The notes: generated from the letters alone by a model not told the origin. A DNA stretch of 64,000 nucleotides from Candidatus Polarisedimenticolia bacterium (GCA_036505635.1 DASXTC010000010.1:29107-93106), one strand, 5' to 3'. Positions 1 to 9,575 are shown, counted from the stretch's first letter. Translations and numbers: made by a program.

Positions 1-2017
1 GGAGGATCGCGTACCCCTCGACGACGCGTCCCTTTACGGGATCGAAGCGCGGTCGGTTCAACGGATGCGCCATCGCCCCGATCAGGCGGCAGGCGGTCCC
101 CATGGGAAGCCGGGTGTCGGCGTCCAGGGTGATGACGTACCGAACGCCCTGCGGCACCGTGGGCGGCTGACCGTTGATTGGAACGAACGTGGTGTCCCGG
201 GCGCCGCGCAGCAGCCGGTTCAGCTCGTGGAGCTTCCCGCGCTTCCTCTCCCAGCCGATCCACTTGCCCTCCTTGTCGTTCCACAGACGCCTGCGATGCA
301 ACAGATGGAACCACTCTCCGCCGCCGGGTGGGCTCCCGTACCGCGAGTTGAGGCGCGCGATGCCGTCGGCCAGAGTGGCAAGGAGGTCCTCGTCGCCCGG
401 CATCCTCTCATCGGTCGCGTCCGCCCAATCCGTGAGGAGGGCAAAGTGGAGATGGCCTTCGGGCTTCGCGAGATAGTGCACCTCGAGCCGCTCGAGCTGC
501 CCTTCGATGTCGGTCTGGCGGGTGAGCATCGTGGGCACGACGACCAGGGTCCGAAGCTCCGGTGGCACGCCCTGGGCGAGCTCGAGCTTGGGGAGCAGCC
601 TGGGTGGAACGAGAAGCGGAACCAGACGGTGGACGAGCGACACGGCGATATCCGACGCGGGCACCAGGGCGAGGATCCCCAGCAGGGCGAGGATCCAGGA
701 GGCTGCCCCGGCGGTCCAGGTCAGCGACAGAAGGCCGGAGAGCAGGAGGGCGGTGAGGGCCGCGATCCCTCCCAGGTAACCCGTCATCGCATGGGCGCGA
801 TAGGCACGGCGGAGGCGGATTCGCAAGGGGACGCGAAACCCCAGACGCTTCTCGAAAGCCCTCCGGCCACCGGCAACGATGTAATACCCCGGGTCCTCCT
901 CGGCGCGCTCGGGTATCCCGGGAAGCGTCTGCGTCTCGCCGTTCTGCCGGCCCGCGCTCCGGGCCAGGAGCACCGCTTCCCGCGCCACCTCGATCTCCGA
1001 ACGTCCCGAACCCCGGGAGAGCAGCTCGATACGGGCTCGGTATTCGTCCCGGGTCGTGAAATCCATGGCGGCGAACCCGGGAGCGGTACGGAGGACCTCG
1101 TCCACCAGGCTGACGCTCTCGAAGAACTCGGGCCAGTCGATTGAGGACATCCATCGCATGCTCGTGATGATGTTCCGGACGGTGACGTTGGCCGCGGCCT
1201 GGGCCTGGTGTTCCTCGGCGACGACCTCATCGGCCGAGGTCCCTTGGGCGCTCAGCTTCTTTTCGAGCCAGGCCAGGACCGGCATGATCGAAGGGTCCTG
1301 GCCACGAAGCCGCTGGACGAGCTGCACGGCGAACGCGCGGGCCAGGACAGCGTCGCTCAGACCGCGCAGGACCTCCTCCGGGCGCTCCGCGGGCCGATCG
1401 GTGAAGCCCAGCAGGCGATCCGCCACCTCGTCAGCCCTGGCCCGCTCCTGGCGGGAGCGGATGATCAGCTGCGACAGCCGCCGCAGGTTCTCCACGAGGG
1501 CCACGCGGAGGTGGATGGCGACCGCCCAGAGCTCCCCGATGGTCAGCGGCTGGATACGCTGGTAGGCCCCGACGAATCGCTGAAGTGTCTCCATCTCGAA
1601 GCGGCTGTCGGTATGGGCGACGTAGGCCCAGGCCAGCCCATAGACTCGCGGGTATCCGGCGAGGTGGCCCGCGGCGATCTTCGGCAGGAGGCTGTAATAG
1701 CTCCGCGGGAGGTGGTCGCGGATCCCTCGAAGTTGTTCGTCCACGACGTGGAAGTTGTCGAGGATCCACTCCGCGGCGGGCGTGATCTCGCGCTTCGCCA
1801 GGACCGTTTCGGCGATGTTCCGGTACCCGGCCAGAAGCACGCGTGCGTTCTCGCGAACCCTGGGGAGGAGATTCCGTCCTCTGGGGGCCACCCCGGTGGC
1901 GCGATGGGCCTCAGCCAGGCTCTCGGCGTGTTGCTCCAGGCGCTCGATGCCGAAGATCTCGGCACGGATCGGTTCTTCCACCGGAGAGGAAACGTCGAGG
2001 ACGGCGGTCGCCTTCAT
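1..2017 (-). CDS. ndvB: Cyclic beta-1,2-glucan synthase, 5' part (runs off the left window edge)
   Basis: Manual translation of the minus frame from ATG 2017: MKATAVLDVSSPVEEPIRAEIFGIERLEQHAESLA ... WILDNFHVVDEQ ... YPRVYGLAWAYVAHTDS ... HPLNRPRFDPVKGRVVEGYAIL, typical NdvB/Cgs motifs. Absent from the ORF track because it has no stop in the window. Confidence 0.9.
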   Translation of the reverse strand, partial: MKATAVLDVSSPVEEPIRAEIFGIERLEQHAESLAEAHRATGVAPRGRNLLPRVRENARVLLAGYRNIAETVLAKREITPAAEWILDNFHVVDEQLRGIRDHLPRSYYSLLPKIAAGHLAGYPRVYGLAWAYVAHTDSRFEMETLQRFVGAYQRIQPLTIGELWAVAIHLRVALVENLRRLSQLIIRSRQERARADEVADRLLGFTDRPAERPEEVLRGLSDAVLARAFAVQLVQRLRGQDPSIMPVLAWLEKKLSAQGTSADEVVAEEHQAQAAANVTVRNIITSMRWMSSIDWPEFFESVSLVDEVLRTAPGFAAMDFTTRDEYRARIELLSRGSGRSEIEVAREAVLLARSAGRQNGETQTLPGIPERAEEDPGYYIVAGGRRAFEKRLGFRVPLRIRLRRAYRAHAMTGYLGGIAALTALLLSGLLSLTWTAGAASWILALLGILALVPASDIAVSLVHRLVPLLVPPRLLPKLELAQGVPPELRTLVVVPTMLTRQTDIEGQLERLEVHYLAKPEGHLHFALLTDWADATDERMPGDEDLLATLADGIARLNSRYGSPPGGGEWFHLLHRRRLWNDKEGKWIGWERKRGKLHELNRLLRGARDTTFVPINGQPPTVPQGVRYVITLDADTRLPMGTACRLIGAMAHPLNRPRFDPVKGRVVEGYAIL

Positions 2018-2025
2018 TTCGAGGT

Positions 2026-2094
2026 TCAACCCCGGGACGATGAGCGGGTGTTTCCGCGGCGCTCGAGCCACTTCAGTGCTTCGTCCTTGTTCAT
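2026..2094 (-). pseudogene. 22-codon fragment resembling the N-terminus of an AlkD-like DNA alkylation repair protein
   Basis: MNKDEALKWLERRGNTRSSSRG*; the first ~15 aa resemble AlkD-family N-termini from memory, and the ORF stops just before ndvB. Confidence 0.4.
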
Positions 2095-2103
2095 GGCTGG
2101 AAT

Positions 2104-2250
2104 TCAGCGTCCAGCCAGCAGCTCGTCAAGGTTGTCGTAGCACATTGCCATGCCCTCCTTCATGTCGGTGCGGAGCGCCCCGTCGCGGGCCTTCCGCGAT
2201 GAGTAGAGCACCGTGCTGGTGAGCGTGGTCCTGTCTCCGGCTCTCGTCAT
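2104..2250 (-). pseudogene. C-terminal fragment of an SRPBCC/AHSA1-family protein
   Basis: MTRAGDRTTLTSTVLYSSRKARDGALRTDMKEGMAMCYDNLDELLAGR matches the last strand and helix of SRPBCC (AHSA1-like) proteins; the N-terminal two-thirds is missing and the creC 3' end lies there instead. Confidence 0.65.
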
Positions 2251-2263
2251 CGGCGATCTCCTC

Positions 2264-3697
2264 TCATCTCCACATCGGCAGGGAGAACGATGCCCGAAGC
2301 CCCGCGGCCGGCAGGTTCTCCAGCCGGACCTGTCCATCGTGCAAGGCGGCAACCTCTCTGACGAAGTTGAGGCCCAGCCCCGTGCTCTTCTGTCCCGTGT
2401 CGGGCCGCTGAAGGGAAAAGAACTTCTGGAAGATCTTCTCTTTTGCGTATTCCGGGATGCCAGGGCCCTCGTCCTCGACGGTGAACCGGGCCGTCGTGCC
2501 GTCCAGGCTGGCGCGCAGGTTCATGAGACCGCCGGGGGGGCTGAAGTCGATGGCGTTCTGGATGAGGTTGGAGATCGCCTGGTGAAGCAGGAATGGATCC
2601 CCCCGCACGGAAAGCTCTTCCTTGACGTCCACCTCCACGCGAAGTCTCTTTCTCGAGAGGATAGGCTCCTTGCTCTCCAGCACTGTCCGGAGAAGCGCCC
2701 CGAAAGGGACGCTCTCCATCGTCGCCAGCGACTTCCTCATCTCCAGCTCGGACAGCCTCAGCATCCGCTCGACGAGGTTCTGGATGCGGCCCGCTTCCGT
2801 GCGGATGTTCGAGAGGAACTGAGCCCGTTTCTCCAGCGGCATCTCCTCGTCGAGGAGCTCCGCGGCGCCCCGGATGGCCGAGACGGGACTTTTGATCTCG
2901 TGGGTAAGAGTCTGGACGTACTGCTCGACGTACTTCTTTCCCTCCAGCGATTCCCTCATCTTGTCGAAGGCATCCCCCATCTCCTTGAGCTCCGTCCCGG
3001 CGAGGCTGGGGAGAGCGACGCGCCTACCCGCCCGCACGTCGTCCGCGAAACGAGTCAGCCTCTTGATCTGGCTCGACAGCCACAAAGAGACGAGCAGGCC
3101 CAACGATAAGGCCACCAGGGCTGACAGAGCTCCGATCCGGAAGATCCGGGGCTTTGCGGAATCAAGGAAGGTGTTGATGCTCGTCGTCGGCTCTGCCACG
3201 GTCAGCACCCCGGCGATCTCGCCCTTGACCAGGATCGGCGCCGCGACGTACATGATTGCGGAGGCCGGGTCGGCCGGGTTCCTCCGCGTCGTTCGGGCCC
3301 CGTACTGACCCAACAGCGTCAGGCGGACATCCTGCCACTGGGTGTAGTCCGCTCCGACGTTCTCGCGATTCTCGGAGTCGAAGATAACTTTGCCCGCTCT
3401 GTCGGTGATGTACACCTGGACGTCCACGTGATCCTTCTCCAGATCATAGATCCTGGCCGAGAGCGGGCGCGAGTGAGCGCCGTCGATCGCGGCGTACAGG
3501 TCATCGGCGCTGAAGCGGTTGGTCTCCATCTCTCGCCCGATGACCGCCGCGAGGATGTTGGCCTGATCCACCAGCGGCTCCTCCACTCCTTCGAGGTATC
3601 GCGTGCGAAGGCTGCCCGCGATGTGGGCGATCGGGTAGGCAAAGCAGATGGCGAAGATGAGGAAGTAGGCGAGGAATAGGGCGACGCCGAGCCTCAT
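2264..3697 (-). CDS. creC: Two-component sensor histidine kinase CreC
   Basis: Two TM segments; EEPLVDQANILA; H-box YVQTLTHEIKSPVSAIRGAAELL; HATPase NLIQNAIDFSP, DEGPGI, STGLGL; follows creB with a 1-nt overlap. Confidence 0.92.
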   Translation of the reverse strand: MRLGVALFLAYFLIFAICFAYPIAHIAGSLRTRYLEGVEEPLVDQANILAAVIGREMETNRFSADDLYAAIDGAHSRPLSARIYDLEKDHVDVQVYITDRAGKVIFDSENRENVGADYTQWQDVRLTLLGQYGARTTRRNPADPASAIMYVAAPILVKGEIAGVLTVAEPTTSINTFLDSAKPRIFRIGALSALVALSLGLLVSLWLSSQIKRLTRFADDVRAGRRVALPSLAGTELKEMGDAFDKMRESLEGKKYVEQYVQTLTHEIKSPVSAIRGAAELLDEEMPLEKRAQFLSNIRTEAGRIQNLVERMLRLSELEMRKSLATMESVPFGALLRTVLESKEPILSRKRLRVEVDVKEELSVRGDPFLLHQAISNLIQNAIDFSPPGGLMNLRASLDGTTARFTVEDEGPGIPEYAKEKIFQKFFSLQRPDTGQKSTGLGLNFVREVAALHDGQVRLENLPAAGLRASFSLPMWR

Positions 3698-4374
3698 CAG
3701 TCATCCTTCATGGAGTAGCCGACGCCTCGGTGCGTCACGATCAGCTCACGATCCGGTCGGATCATCTTCAGCTTGGCCCGGATGTTCTTGATGTGAGCGT
3801 CGACGCTGCGCTCGAGGCTCGTTTCCGGCTGCTCCCACACGGTGGCCATCAGCTCCTCCCGGGAAAAGACGTGGCCGGGCCGGTGGATGAAGGTGGAGAG
3901 AATCTCGTATTCGTACCTCGAGAGCTCCAGGATCCTGCCGTCGTAGGAGATCTGCCGCTTCGATTCATTGACGGAAAAGGACAGGTGGGACGTGCTTTCC
4001 TGTGGAGCGGCCCGCATCCTGCGAAGGACGGCCTTCACCCGCGCCGAGAGCTCCCTCGGGCTGAACGGCTTGGAGATGTAATCGTCGGCGCCAATCTCGA
4101 GCCCCACGACCCGGTCGATCTCGCCGGTGCGCGCCGTGAGGAAGATGATCGGCGTCTGATGGGTCTTTCGAATCACCTTGAAGAGATCCAGGCCGCCGAT
4201 GTCGGGCAACCCGATGTCGAGCAGGATCAGATCGACGCGCTGGCTGGCCAGGAGCGAAGGGACGGGCAGCCCTTCGGAGAGGCGGATCGTCTCCAACCCC
4301 TCCGCCTCGAGGACATACTGGATGTTGTCCAGGATGGCCGGCTCGTCGTCGACGATCAGGATCCTTGCCTTCAC
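3697..4374 (-). CDS. creB: OmpR-family response regulator CreB
   Basis: GTG 4374 after AGAGGAG; ILIVDDE, LLDIGLPD, KPFSPREL, winged-helix VDAHIKNIRAKL and THRGVGY. Confidence 0.9.
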   Translation of the reverse strand: MKARILIVDDEPAILDNIQYVLEAEGLETIRLSEGLPVPSLLASQRVDLILLDIGLPDIGGLDLFKVIRKTHQTPIIFLTARTGEIDRVVGLEIGADDYISKPFSPRELSARVKAVLRRMRAAPQESTSHLSFSVNESKRQISYDGRILELSRYEYEILSTFIHRPGHVFSREELMATVWEQPETSLERSVDAHIKNIRAKLKMIRPDRELIVTHRGVGYSMKDD

Positions 4375-4417
4375 GGCTCCTCTATCGGGATTCGGGCTGC
4401 CGTCGATTCTAGCATCC

Positions 4418-5155
4418 TTATGGAGTTCGTCCTCGTGCGCCCCCGGCAAGCGTTGCCATCCGCGCGCCGAGCGCGGCCACCGCGACGAGCAGGCAGACCG
4501 AGACGACGAGAGCCGAATGCTCCAGGAAACGCCCGGTGTCCTGTTGCCAGGCCCGGTTCACCAGTGGCAGGCCGACCGCGACGCCCAGATACCACCCGAG
4601 CGGCACGAGGACCGACGGGGCCCGCCGCGCGCCTTCCGGGTTGCCGAACCGCCCGAACATCCAATCGACCGTGATGTAGCCCAGCAACAGCGATAGACAG
4701 TACACGACCGTCCCCGCCGCCCGGTGGGCTCTGGCCGGAGTGAGGAGGCCGCCATAGATATCCATTGAATAGAGGTGGATCGCCAGGAGTATCCTGGCCG
4801 CGTTGGTCGTGATGGTGAGAGTCCAGGCGATGCCGAGGCTCGCCCCCAGCCAGAGGCAGCGTGCCGCGTGGCTCCTGGCCCGGTGGACGCTCGAACAGAA
4901 GATCGTCAGAAAGGAGACGATCAGGAAGTTCATCCCTGAACAGCTCGAACCGACGATCATTCGATGCGTGTGGCTGATCCATCCGGTGCCGGGCTCCCGT
5001 TCGAAGTCGATTCCCGACACCAACCCGGCCAGCCGGCAGGTCGGCGAGAGGAGCCAGCTCAAGTCCTCCGCCCCGGCGTGGCTGTAGAAGGACTTGAGAG
5101 CCCATGCGATGACGAGACCGGCCACATAGTGAGGGAGGACCCGGTGGAGTTTCAC
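4418..5155 (-). CDS. xrtK: Exosortase K
   Basis: GTG overlaps the VIT gene stop (GTGA); ALKSFYSHAGAEDLSWLLSPT, catalytic CSGMNFL, NAARI, H in RAHRAAGTVVY; multi-TM. Confidence 0.85.
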   Translation of the reverse strand: MKLHRVLPHYVAGLVIAWALKSFYSHAGAEDLSWLLSPTCRLAGLVSGIDFEREPGTGWISHTHRMIVGSSCSGMNFLIVSFLTIFCSSVHRARSHAARCLWLGASLGIAWTLTITTNAARILLAIHLYSMDIYGGLLTPARAHRAAGTVVYCLSLLLGYITVDWMFGRFGNPEGARRAPSVLVPLGWYLGVAVGLPLVNRAWQQDTGRFLEHSALVVSVCLLVAVAALGARMATLAGGARGRTP

Positions 5156-7134
5156 CGAACCGCCCGGCGCAGCGCGAGCACGAGGCCCGTCAGCGCGAGG
5201 AGCAGCCACAGCTCCGGCTCCGCCCCGGACTCGTACGCTCCCCCGATCGCGAGCGCGGACACTCCCTGGGGAAGCGGCAGGGGCTGATCCACGTCCTTCG
5301 CCTCGCCCCGCGTGTTTCGCGCCTCCTCGATGACCGCGACGAATGAGGTGTACCTGGTGAGCAGCGAGTAGCCCAGACCGAGCGCGGTGATCTGGCTCTC
5401 GACCTCGGAGTCCACGGGTCCGAAAGCCAGATCCGAGAGTCGCGCGATCCTCGCGCGAGCCCACAGAAGGCGGAGAGCGCCGCTCTCGACGGCCGGTGCG
5501 CTCCCGGCCACGCGGAAGGTGCGGCTGTATCGACCGGCGACGCCGTTGCCCGACACCTCGATCTCCCCGTCGGCACTGCCGCGCCACTTTCCGAAGAGGA
5601 TGAGGGGACGCTGGGCGAACAGATCGGGAAGGGCCGAGGGCTCGACCTCGTAGGCGTCAAGCCCTCTGTAGACGACCCGGAGGTCCGTCAGGAGAGGGGA
5701 CTCGACGTAGGCGCGGAACCGCTCCGCCGCTTCCCGGGCCTCATCGGGCCTGGTCACGACGAACGGCTCGCCCAGGCCCGCCCTCGCGATCCCATCGACG
5801 AGATGGCGATTGACCGCCGAGCCGATGCCGAAACTGAAGAAGTTGGTCTGACTCAGATTCTCCTGGATGATCTCGAAGACCTCCCGATCGCCGTCAACGA
5901 AGCCATCGGTGATGACGACGATGGTGCGCGAGAAGCCCTCGTCCCGCGGCAGGCTCAGAGCTCTTTTCAGAGCGGGAACGAGCTCCGTCCCGCCACCGCC
6001 GCGCTGCTCCCCGATCATCTGGAGCGCCCTCCCGACGTTCTCCTCGGTCGCCGGCTGGGACACGTCCGCCATCACGCGCGAGCCGCCGGCGAAGAGAACG
6101 ACGTTGAACAGATCGGTGTCGCGCAGGTGGCGGATCAGATCGGCCACAAGGAACTTGCCCGTCTCCAGAGGAAACCCATCCATCGATCCGGAGACATCGA
6201 GGATGAAGACGTATTCACGCGGCGAGACCTCCGCCGCCTTGAATCGCTCGGGGGGCTGGACCATCAGGAGGAAGAAGTTCTCGGTCTCACCCTTCTCCAA
6301 CAGGAGCCCGCTCTGGATCTGCTCACCGGCAAGCCGGTAATTCAGGATGAAGTCCCGGTCCCCGCCGACCTCCGTACGGTCCTTGAGCGTGACCGTGGCC
6401 ACGTCGCCGGCGTCGTACGCGACGTCCACGGGATGGGACGCGCACCGGACGTCCTGGAGCGGCATACCCGCGGAAAGCGTGACGACGATGTCAAAGGTGC
6501 CGGGGTTGTGCCCGCCAGGATGCAGATAGGGGCACTTCACCCATCGGGTCGCCTCGGTCGCTGATGCCTCCCGTTGACTCGAATACCGGGGCCCGACCAC
6601 CGTCGGGTAGAGAAACTCGTAAATCCCCTCCGTGGGGATCAGAAGCTCGGAGTATCGCAGCTCCACCTCGACCCGATCCCTCGGCATGATGTTGGCGACG
6701 TTCATGGTGAAGACATTGGGGCGCTGCTGCTCCAGAAGAGAGGCGCTCTTGCCCTCAGCTTTGGCCGTCTCGAACTGCACCCGTGCCTTGCGTCGCTCCT
6801 CGATCCTTGCCGTGACGACCTGGTCGCCAACCCGGATCCTCATGCCGTGAACCGCGGCGCGCGTCGAGGCGGGAAAGACATAACGGGCGTTGATCGGCTC
6901 CGTGCCCTCGTTCGTGTAGGTCTGCGTGACGAGGACCACGGCGATGACGCCGTTGACGTTCGCTACGACCTGGGTCGACTTCAACGGGAAGAGCTCCGCC
7001 TCCGACTCCTTGCCCAGAACGACGAAGTAGGGAGAGAGGGTCCGGCCCGGGTCCTCCTGGCCGCGGGCGGGGCTCGCTGACAGGATGAGAAGGAGTGTCA
7101 GGAGAAACAGGGGCCGCATGCACGTCCGATTCAT
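5152..7134 (-). CDS. Secreted VIT + vWA domain protein with a C-terminal exosortase-type sorting signal
   Basis: ATG 7134 after GGAGG; signal peptide; VIT (TQTYTN, YVFP, FTMNVANI); vWA MIDAS DVSGSM and ITDG; C-terminus AEPELWLLLALTGLVLALRRAVR. Confidence 0.9.
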   Translation of the reverse strand: MNRTCMRPLFLLTLLLILSASPARGQEDPGRTLSPYFVVLGKESEAELFPLKSTQVVANVNGVIAVVLVTQTYTNEGTEPINARYVFPASTRAAVHGMRIRVGDQVVTARIEERRKARVQFETAKAEGKSASLLEQQRPNVFTMNVANIMPRDRVEVELRYSELLIPTEGIYEFLYPTVVGPRYSSQREASATEATRWVKCPYLHPGGHNPGTFDIVVTLSAGMPLQDVRCASHPVDVAYDAGDVATVTLKDRTEVGGDRDFILNYRLAGEQIQSGLLLEKGETENFFLLMVQPPERFKAAEVSPREYVFILDVSGSMDGFPLETGKFLVADLIRHLRDTDLFNVVLFAGGSRVMADVSQPATEENVGRALQMIGEQRGGGGTELVPALKRALSLPRDEGFSRTIVVITDGFVDGDREVFEIIQENLSQTNFFSFGIGSAVNRHLVDGIARAGLGEPFVVTRPDEAREAAERFRAYVESPLLTDLRVVYRGLDAYEVEPSALPDLFAQRPLILFGKWRGSADGEIEVSGNGVAGRYSRTFRVAGSAPAVESGALRLLWARARIARLSDLAFGPVDSEVESQITALGLGYSLLTRYTSFVAVIEEARNTRGEAKDVDQPLPLPQGVSALAIGGAYESGAEPELWLLLALTGLVLALRRAVR

Positions 7135-7180
7135 GTCCGTCACCTCCAGCACCGGGAAATCCGGCGGTCGATGAGACGCT

Positions 7181-7216
7181 ACATGTCGGGCATGAGGAGA
7201 CCTCGAGGGCCACGTG
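7181..7216 (-). promoter_or_regulatory. Partial third copy of the 35-bp upstream motif (candidate ECF promoter) before the VIT operon
   Basis: Plus strand acatg...cctcgagggccacgtg versus acatg...ccgcgaggggccacgcg in the other two copies; 47 nt from the start codon; spacer 2 nt longer. Confidence 0.45.
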
Positions 7217-7299
7217 CGAAGTTCATGAATTCTCTGCGAGGAGTGGTTTGGCCCGTCGCGGCCGGGCCCGGGGAGGTGACCGGGCGCCGGCGATTCAGC

Positions 7300-8409
7300 T
7301 CACGGGCAGGCCGCGAGGGCCTGCGAAGCCACGCAGGCGCTGCCCCCTGGGGGGCGGCTCGTCCCGTCGGAAGCCGTACCGTAAGACCCTTCGTCATTCG
7401 CGTTGAGCGGCACGACCAGGTAGTACCTGTTGCCGCTCGAAGGGGTTATGTCTTCTCTCAGGTCAGCGCCATCGTCCGAGCAGTCGAGCGCGACGTGACT
7501 GTACCAGTCTCCGATCACACCCTCGTAGATCGCGTAGTCCTCCGCGCCGGCCGAACAGCTCTGAGACCAGGAGATCCTCAATTTCCCCCTCACCGGAGAA
7601 TGGGTCACGTCGATCGTGGGCGGCACGCTCCCCGGGTGAGGCAGGAATGCCAACGCGTCGATGGCGCTGCCCGCGGGCCACCCGGGGTCGAGGTAGAACG
7701 TGGTGAAGCTCCTGCCGTCCCACGAGACGAGCTGGCCGGGCTGGAAGGTCTGGCTTCCGAGTGTGGTCGGAGCGTCGAAGGTCAGGATCGTGAGCGATCC
7801 GCGCTCGTCGGCCCCCGTGAGATTGGCAGAGGGCGGGATCGGGGGGACCGCGGCCGAGGCGTCGAAGTAGAGGTTGAAGGATGCTCCGTCGAACCGGACC
7901 AGGTCGGCGGGCTCGTAGGTCGACGGCCCGATCGTCGTCGGCACATCGAAGCTGACGACGAGATCACCGGCGTCACCGCCGTCCAGGAAGACGGCGTCCA
8001 GGTTCGAGCTGTCCGGCACGCCATGCGCCGAGCCATCGAAGTACATGGTGCAGGCCGCTCCATCGTAGCGGGCGACATCGATTGGCTCGAGCGGAGTTCC
8101 ACCCAGGATGACCGGCCGCTCGACGGAGACGAGCCAGTCCCCAGTGTCCATTCGGTGCAACGCGTCGAACACCGTGTCGGCAGGGAGCAGGAGCGCGGAC
8201 CAATAGATCCCGGAGTCGTTGCGGATGAGCTGCCAGGGGAGGAACGTGGTCCCGGCGGCGCCCAGATCGGTCGGGACGTCGGTCGTGAGGTAGAAGGAAG
8301 CCGCGCCGGCCGGCGATCCAGACATCGCGAGAATGGCCAGAACGACGAGAGCAGCCGCGGCCGGCGTGACACGCATGAGTACCATGGGCTCCTTGGCATG
8401 GCGTCTCAT
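7300..8409 (-). CDS. Secreted protein with four ~55-aa repeats and a C-terminal Fn3-like module
   Basis: ATG 8409 overlaps the upstream stop (ATGA); signal peptide; repeats of the form DVPTxLG...P.DL..(Y/F)DG..F.LYFD; ends YYLVVPLNANDEGSYG...RPPGGSAC. Confidence 0.8.
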   Translation of the reverse strand: MRRHAKEPMVLMRVTPAAAALVVLAILAMSGSPAGAASFYLTTDVPTDLGAAGTTFLPWQLIRNDSGIYWSALLLPADTVFDALHRMDTGDWLVSVERPVILGGTPLEPIDVARYDGAACTMYFDGSAHGVPDSSNLDAVFLDGGDAGDLVVSFDVPTTIGPSTYEPADLVRFDGASFNLYFDASAAVPPIPPSANLTGADERGSLTILTFDAPTTLGSQTFQPGQLVSWDGRSFTTFYLDPGWPAGSAIDALAFLPHPGSVPPTIDVTHSPVRGKLRISWSQSCSAGAEDYAIYEGVIGDWYSHVALDCSDDGADLREDITPSSGNRYYLVVPLNANDEGSYGTASDGTSRPPGGSACVASQALAACP

Positions 8410-9530
8410 GGGATATTCCCGCCGCCGTCTACGGCGCCGGTGACTCCGGGGCCGTCCACGGCGCCGCGCAAGTTGCCGCGCAGGATGTTGCCACGGTAGA
8501 CGTGCCCGGTTGTCTCGAACCAGATCCCGGCCCCCGCGTTGGCGGTGAGCTTGCCGTCGTCGATGATGACGTTGGTGCCGCCGGCGAAGATCCCGTGGCC
8601 GCCACCGCCGTTGATGAAGATTCCCTGGATGGCGACGTTGCTTCCCATCGAGTGGATGCCGTCGCCGCCGCAGCCGGTCAGAGTGTTGTCCTGGATGACG
8701 ACGTCCTGGCTGTCGCTGTCCACCTCGATGCACGCTCCGCCCGTGGTACCGGGACCATGGAACTTGCCGCCCGCGATGACGATCCCGCGGGAGGAGACCA
8801 CGCCAACGCAGGGGGTAATACCCGCAACCGGAGGCATACCGTTGACGATGACAATCCCGAGCGCCTCGCTGCCGTCCGCGCCATTGAAGTTGATCGCCGG
8901 CGAGACGGCAGTGGGATCCGGCGGTTGGTGCTCGAAGGCGAGGTCCCTGATGGAGCAGGTCACCCCCGTGCAGTGAATCCCGCCGCCCGCCCGGATATCG
9001 GCGTTGCGGATAATCGCCTTGGGGGGGATCGGCGGGGGCGGCGACCCCGCGACGTTTCCCAGCAGCTCGAAGCCGACCAGGGTGCCGATGATGATGATCC
9101 CCTGCGCCGAGACCTGCCCGAAGCCGGCGGCGTGCACTGCCGCCTGTGCCTGTCCGGAGAGGATAAGGTCCGACAGCGAGAGGGGTTGCTGGGGGTCGGG
9201 TGGTTGGTATTGGATCCCGTGGAGCCCCCCCTGGATCTTGCCATTGACGATGATAATCCCCTTCGAGGACCCCGAGACGCCGCCGATCACGATGGCGGCC
9301 TGGGTTGCGCCGGGCTGGTTGATCGTATGACCGTTGAGGTCGAGCGTGACGCCGTCGGCCTGGATCGAGACGGCGGGGCCGGCCGTCGCCGAGATGTCCC
9401 TCGTAAGAACGTAGTGACCCGGCTGGGTGATGACGGTAGGCATCCATAGCGGGATCTTCCCCTCGGCGGCGCCCAGCGGCGCGCCGGCCAGAGTCGCCAG
9501 AAGCATCATGAGAATCAAGCGCTTTCGCAT
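8406..9530 (-). CDS. Secreted right-handed parallel beta-helix (pectin lyase-like) protein
   Basis: ATG 9530 after GGAGG; signal peptide; VITQPGHYVLTRDI, DGVTLDLNGHTI, repeated NxIxG/GGxGI turns. Confidence 0.85.
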   Translation of the reverse strand: MRKRLILMMLLATLAGAPLGAAEGKIPLWMPTVITQPGHYVLTRDISATAGPAVSIQADGVTLDLNGHTINQPGATQAAIVIGGVSGSSKGIIIVNGKIQGGLHGIQYQPPDPQQPLSLSDLILSGQAQAAVHAAGFGQVSAQGIIIIGTLVGFELLGNVAGSPPPPIPPKAIIRNADIRAGGGIHCTGVTCSIRDLAFEHQPPDPTAVSPAINFNGADGSEALGIVIVNGMPPVAGITPCVGVVSSRGIVIAGGKFHGPGTTGGACIEVDSDSQDVVIQDNTLTGCGGDGIHSMGSNVAIQGIFINGGGGHGIFAGGTNVIIDDGKLTANAGAGIWFETTGHVYRGNILRGNLRGAVDGPGVTGAVDGGGNIP

Positions 9531-9575
9531 GTAGCTACCTCCTGCTGGTGGGGGGGCGGGGCCCCCTCTCGATCT

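Noticed and set aside
65-2140. Plus-strand ORFs 65-1144 and 1208-2140
   Set aside because: Antisense shadows of ndvB, typical of high-GC DNA; no recognisable motifs.
7153-7299. cre-tag (TTCAC-N6-TTCAC) upstream of the VIT-xrtK-creBC operon
   Set aside because: Only TTCAT-N4-TTCGC is present; wrong spacing and sequence.
7300-9447. 715-aa ORF in the track
   Set aside because: Only 7300-8409 is coding; the upstream part is an off-frame read through the beta-helix gene.
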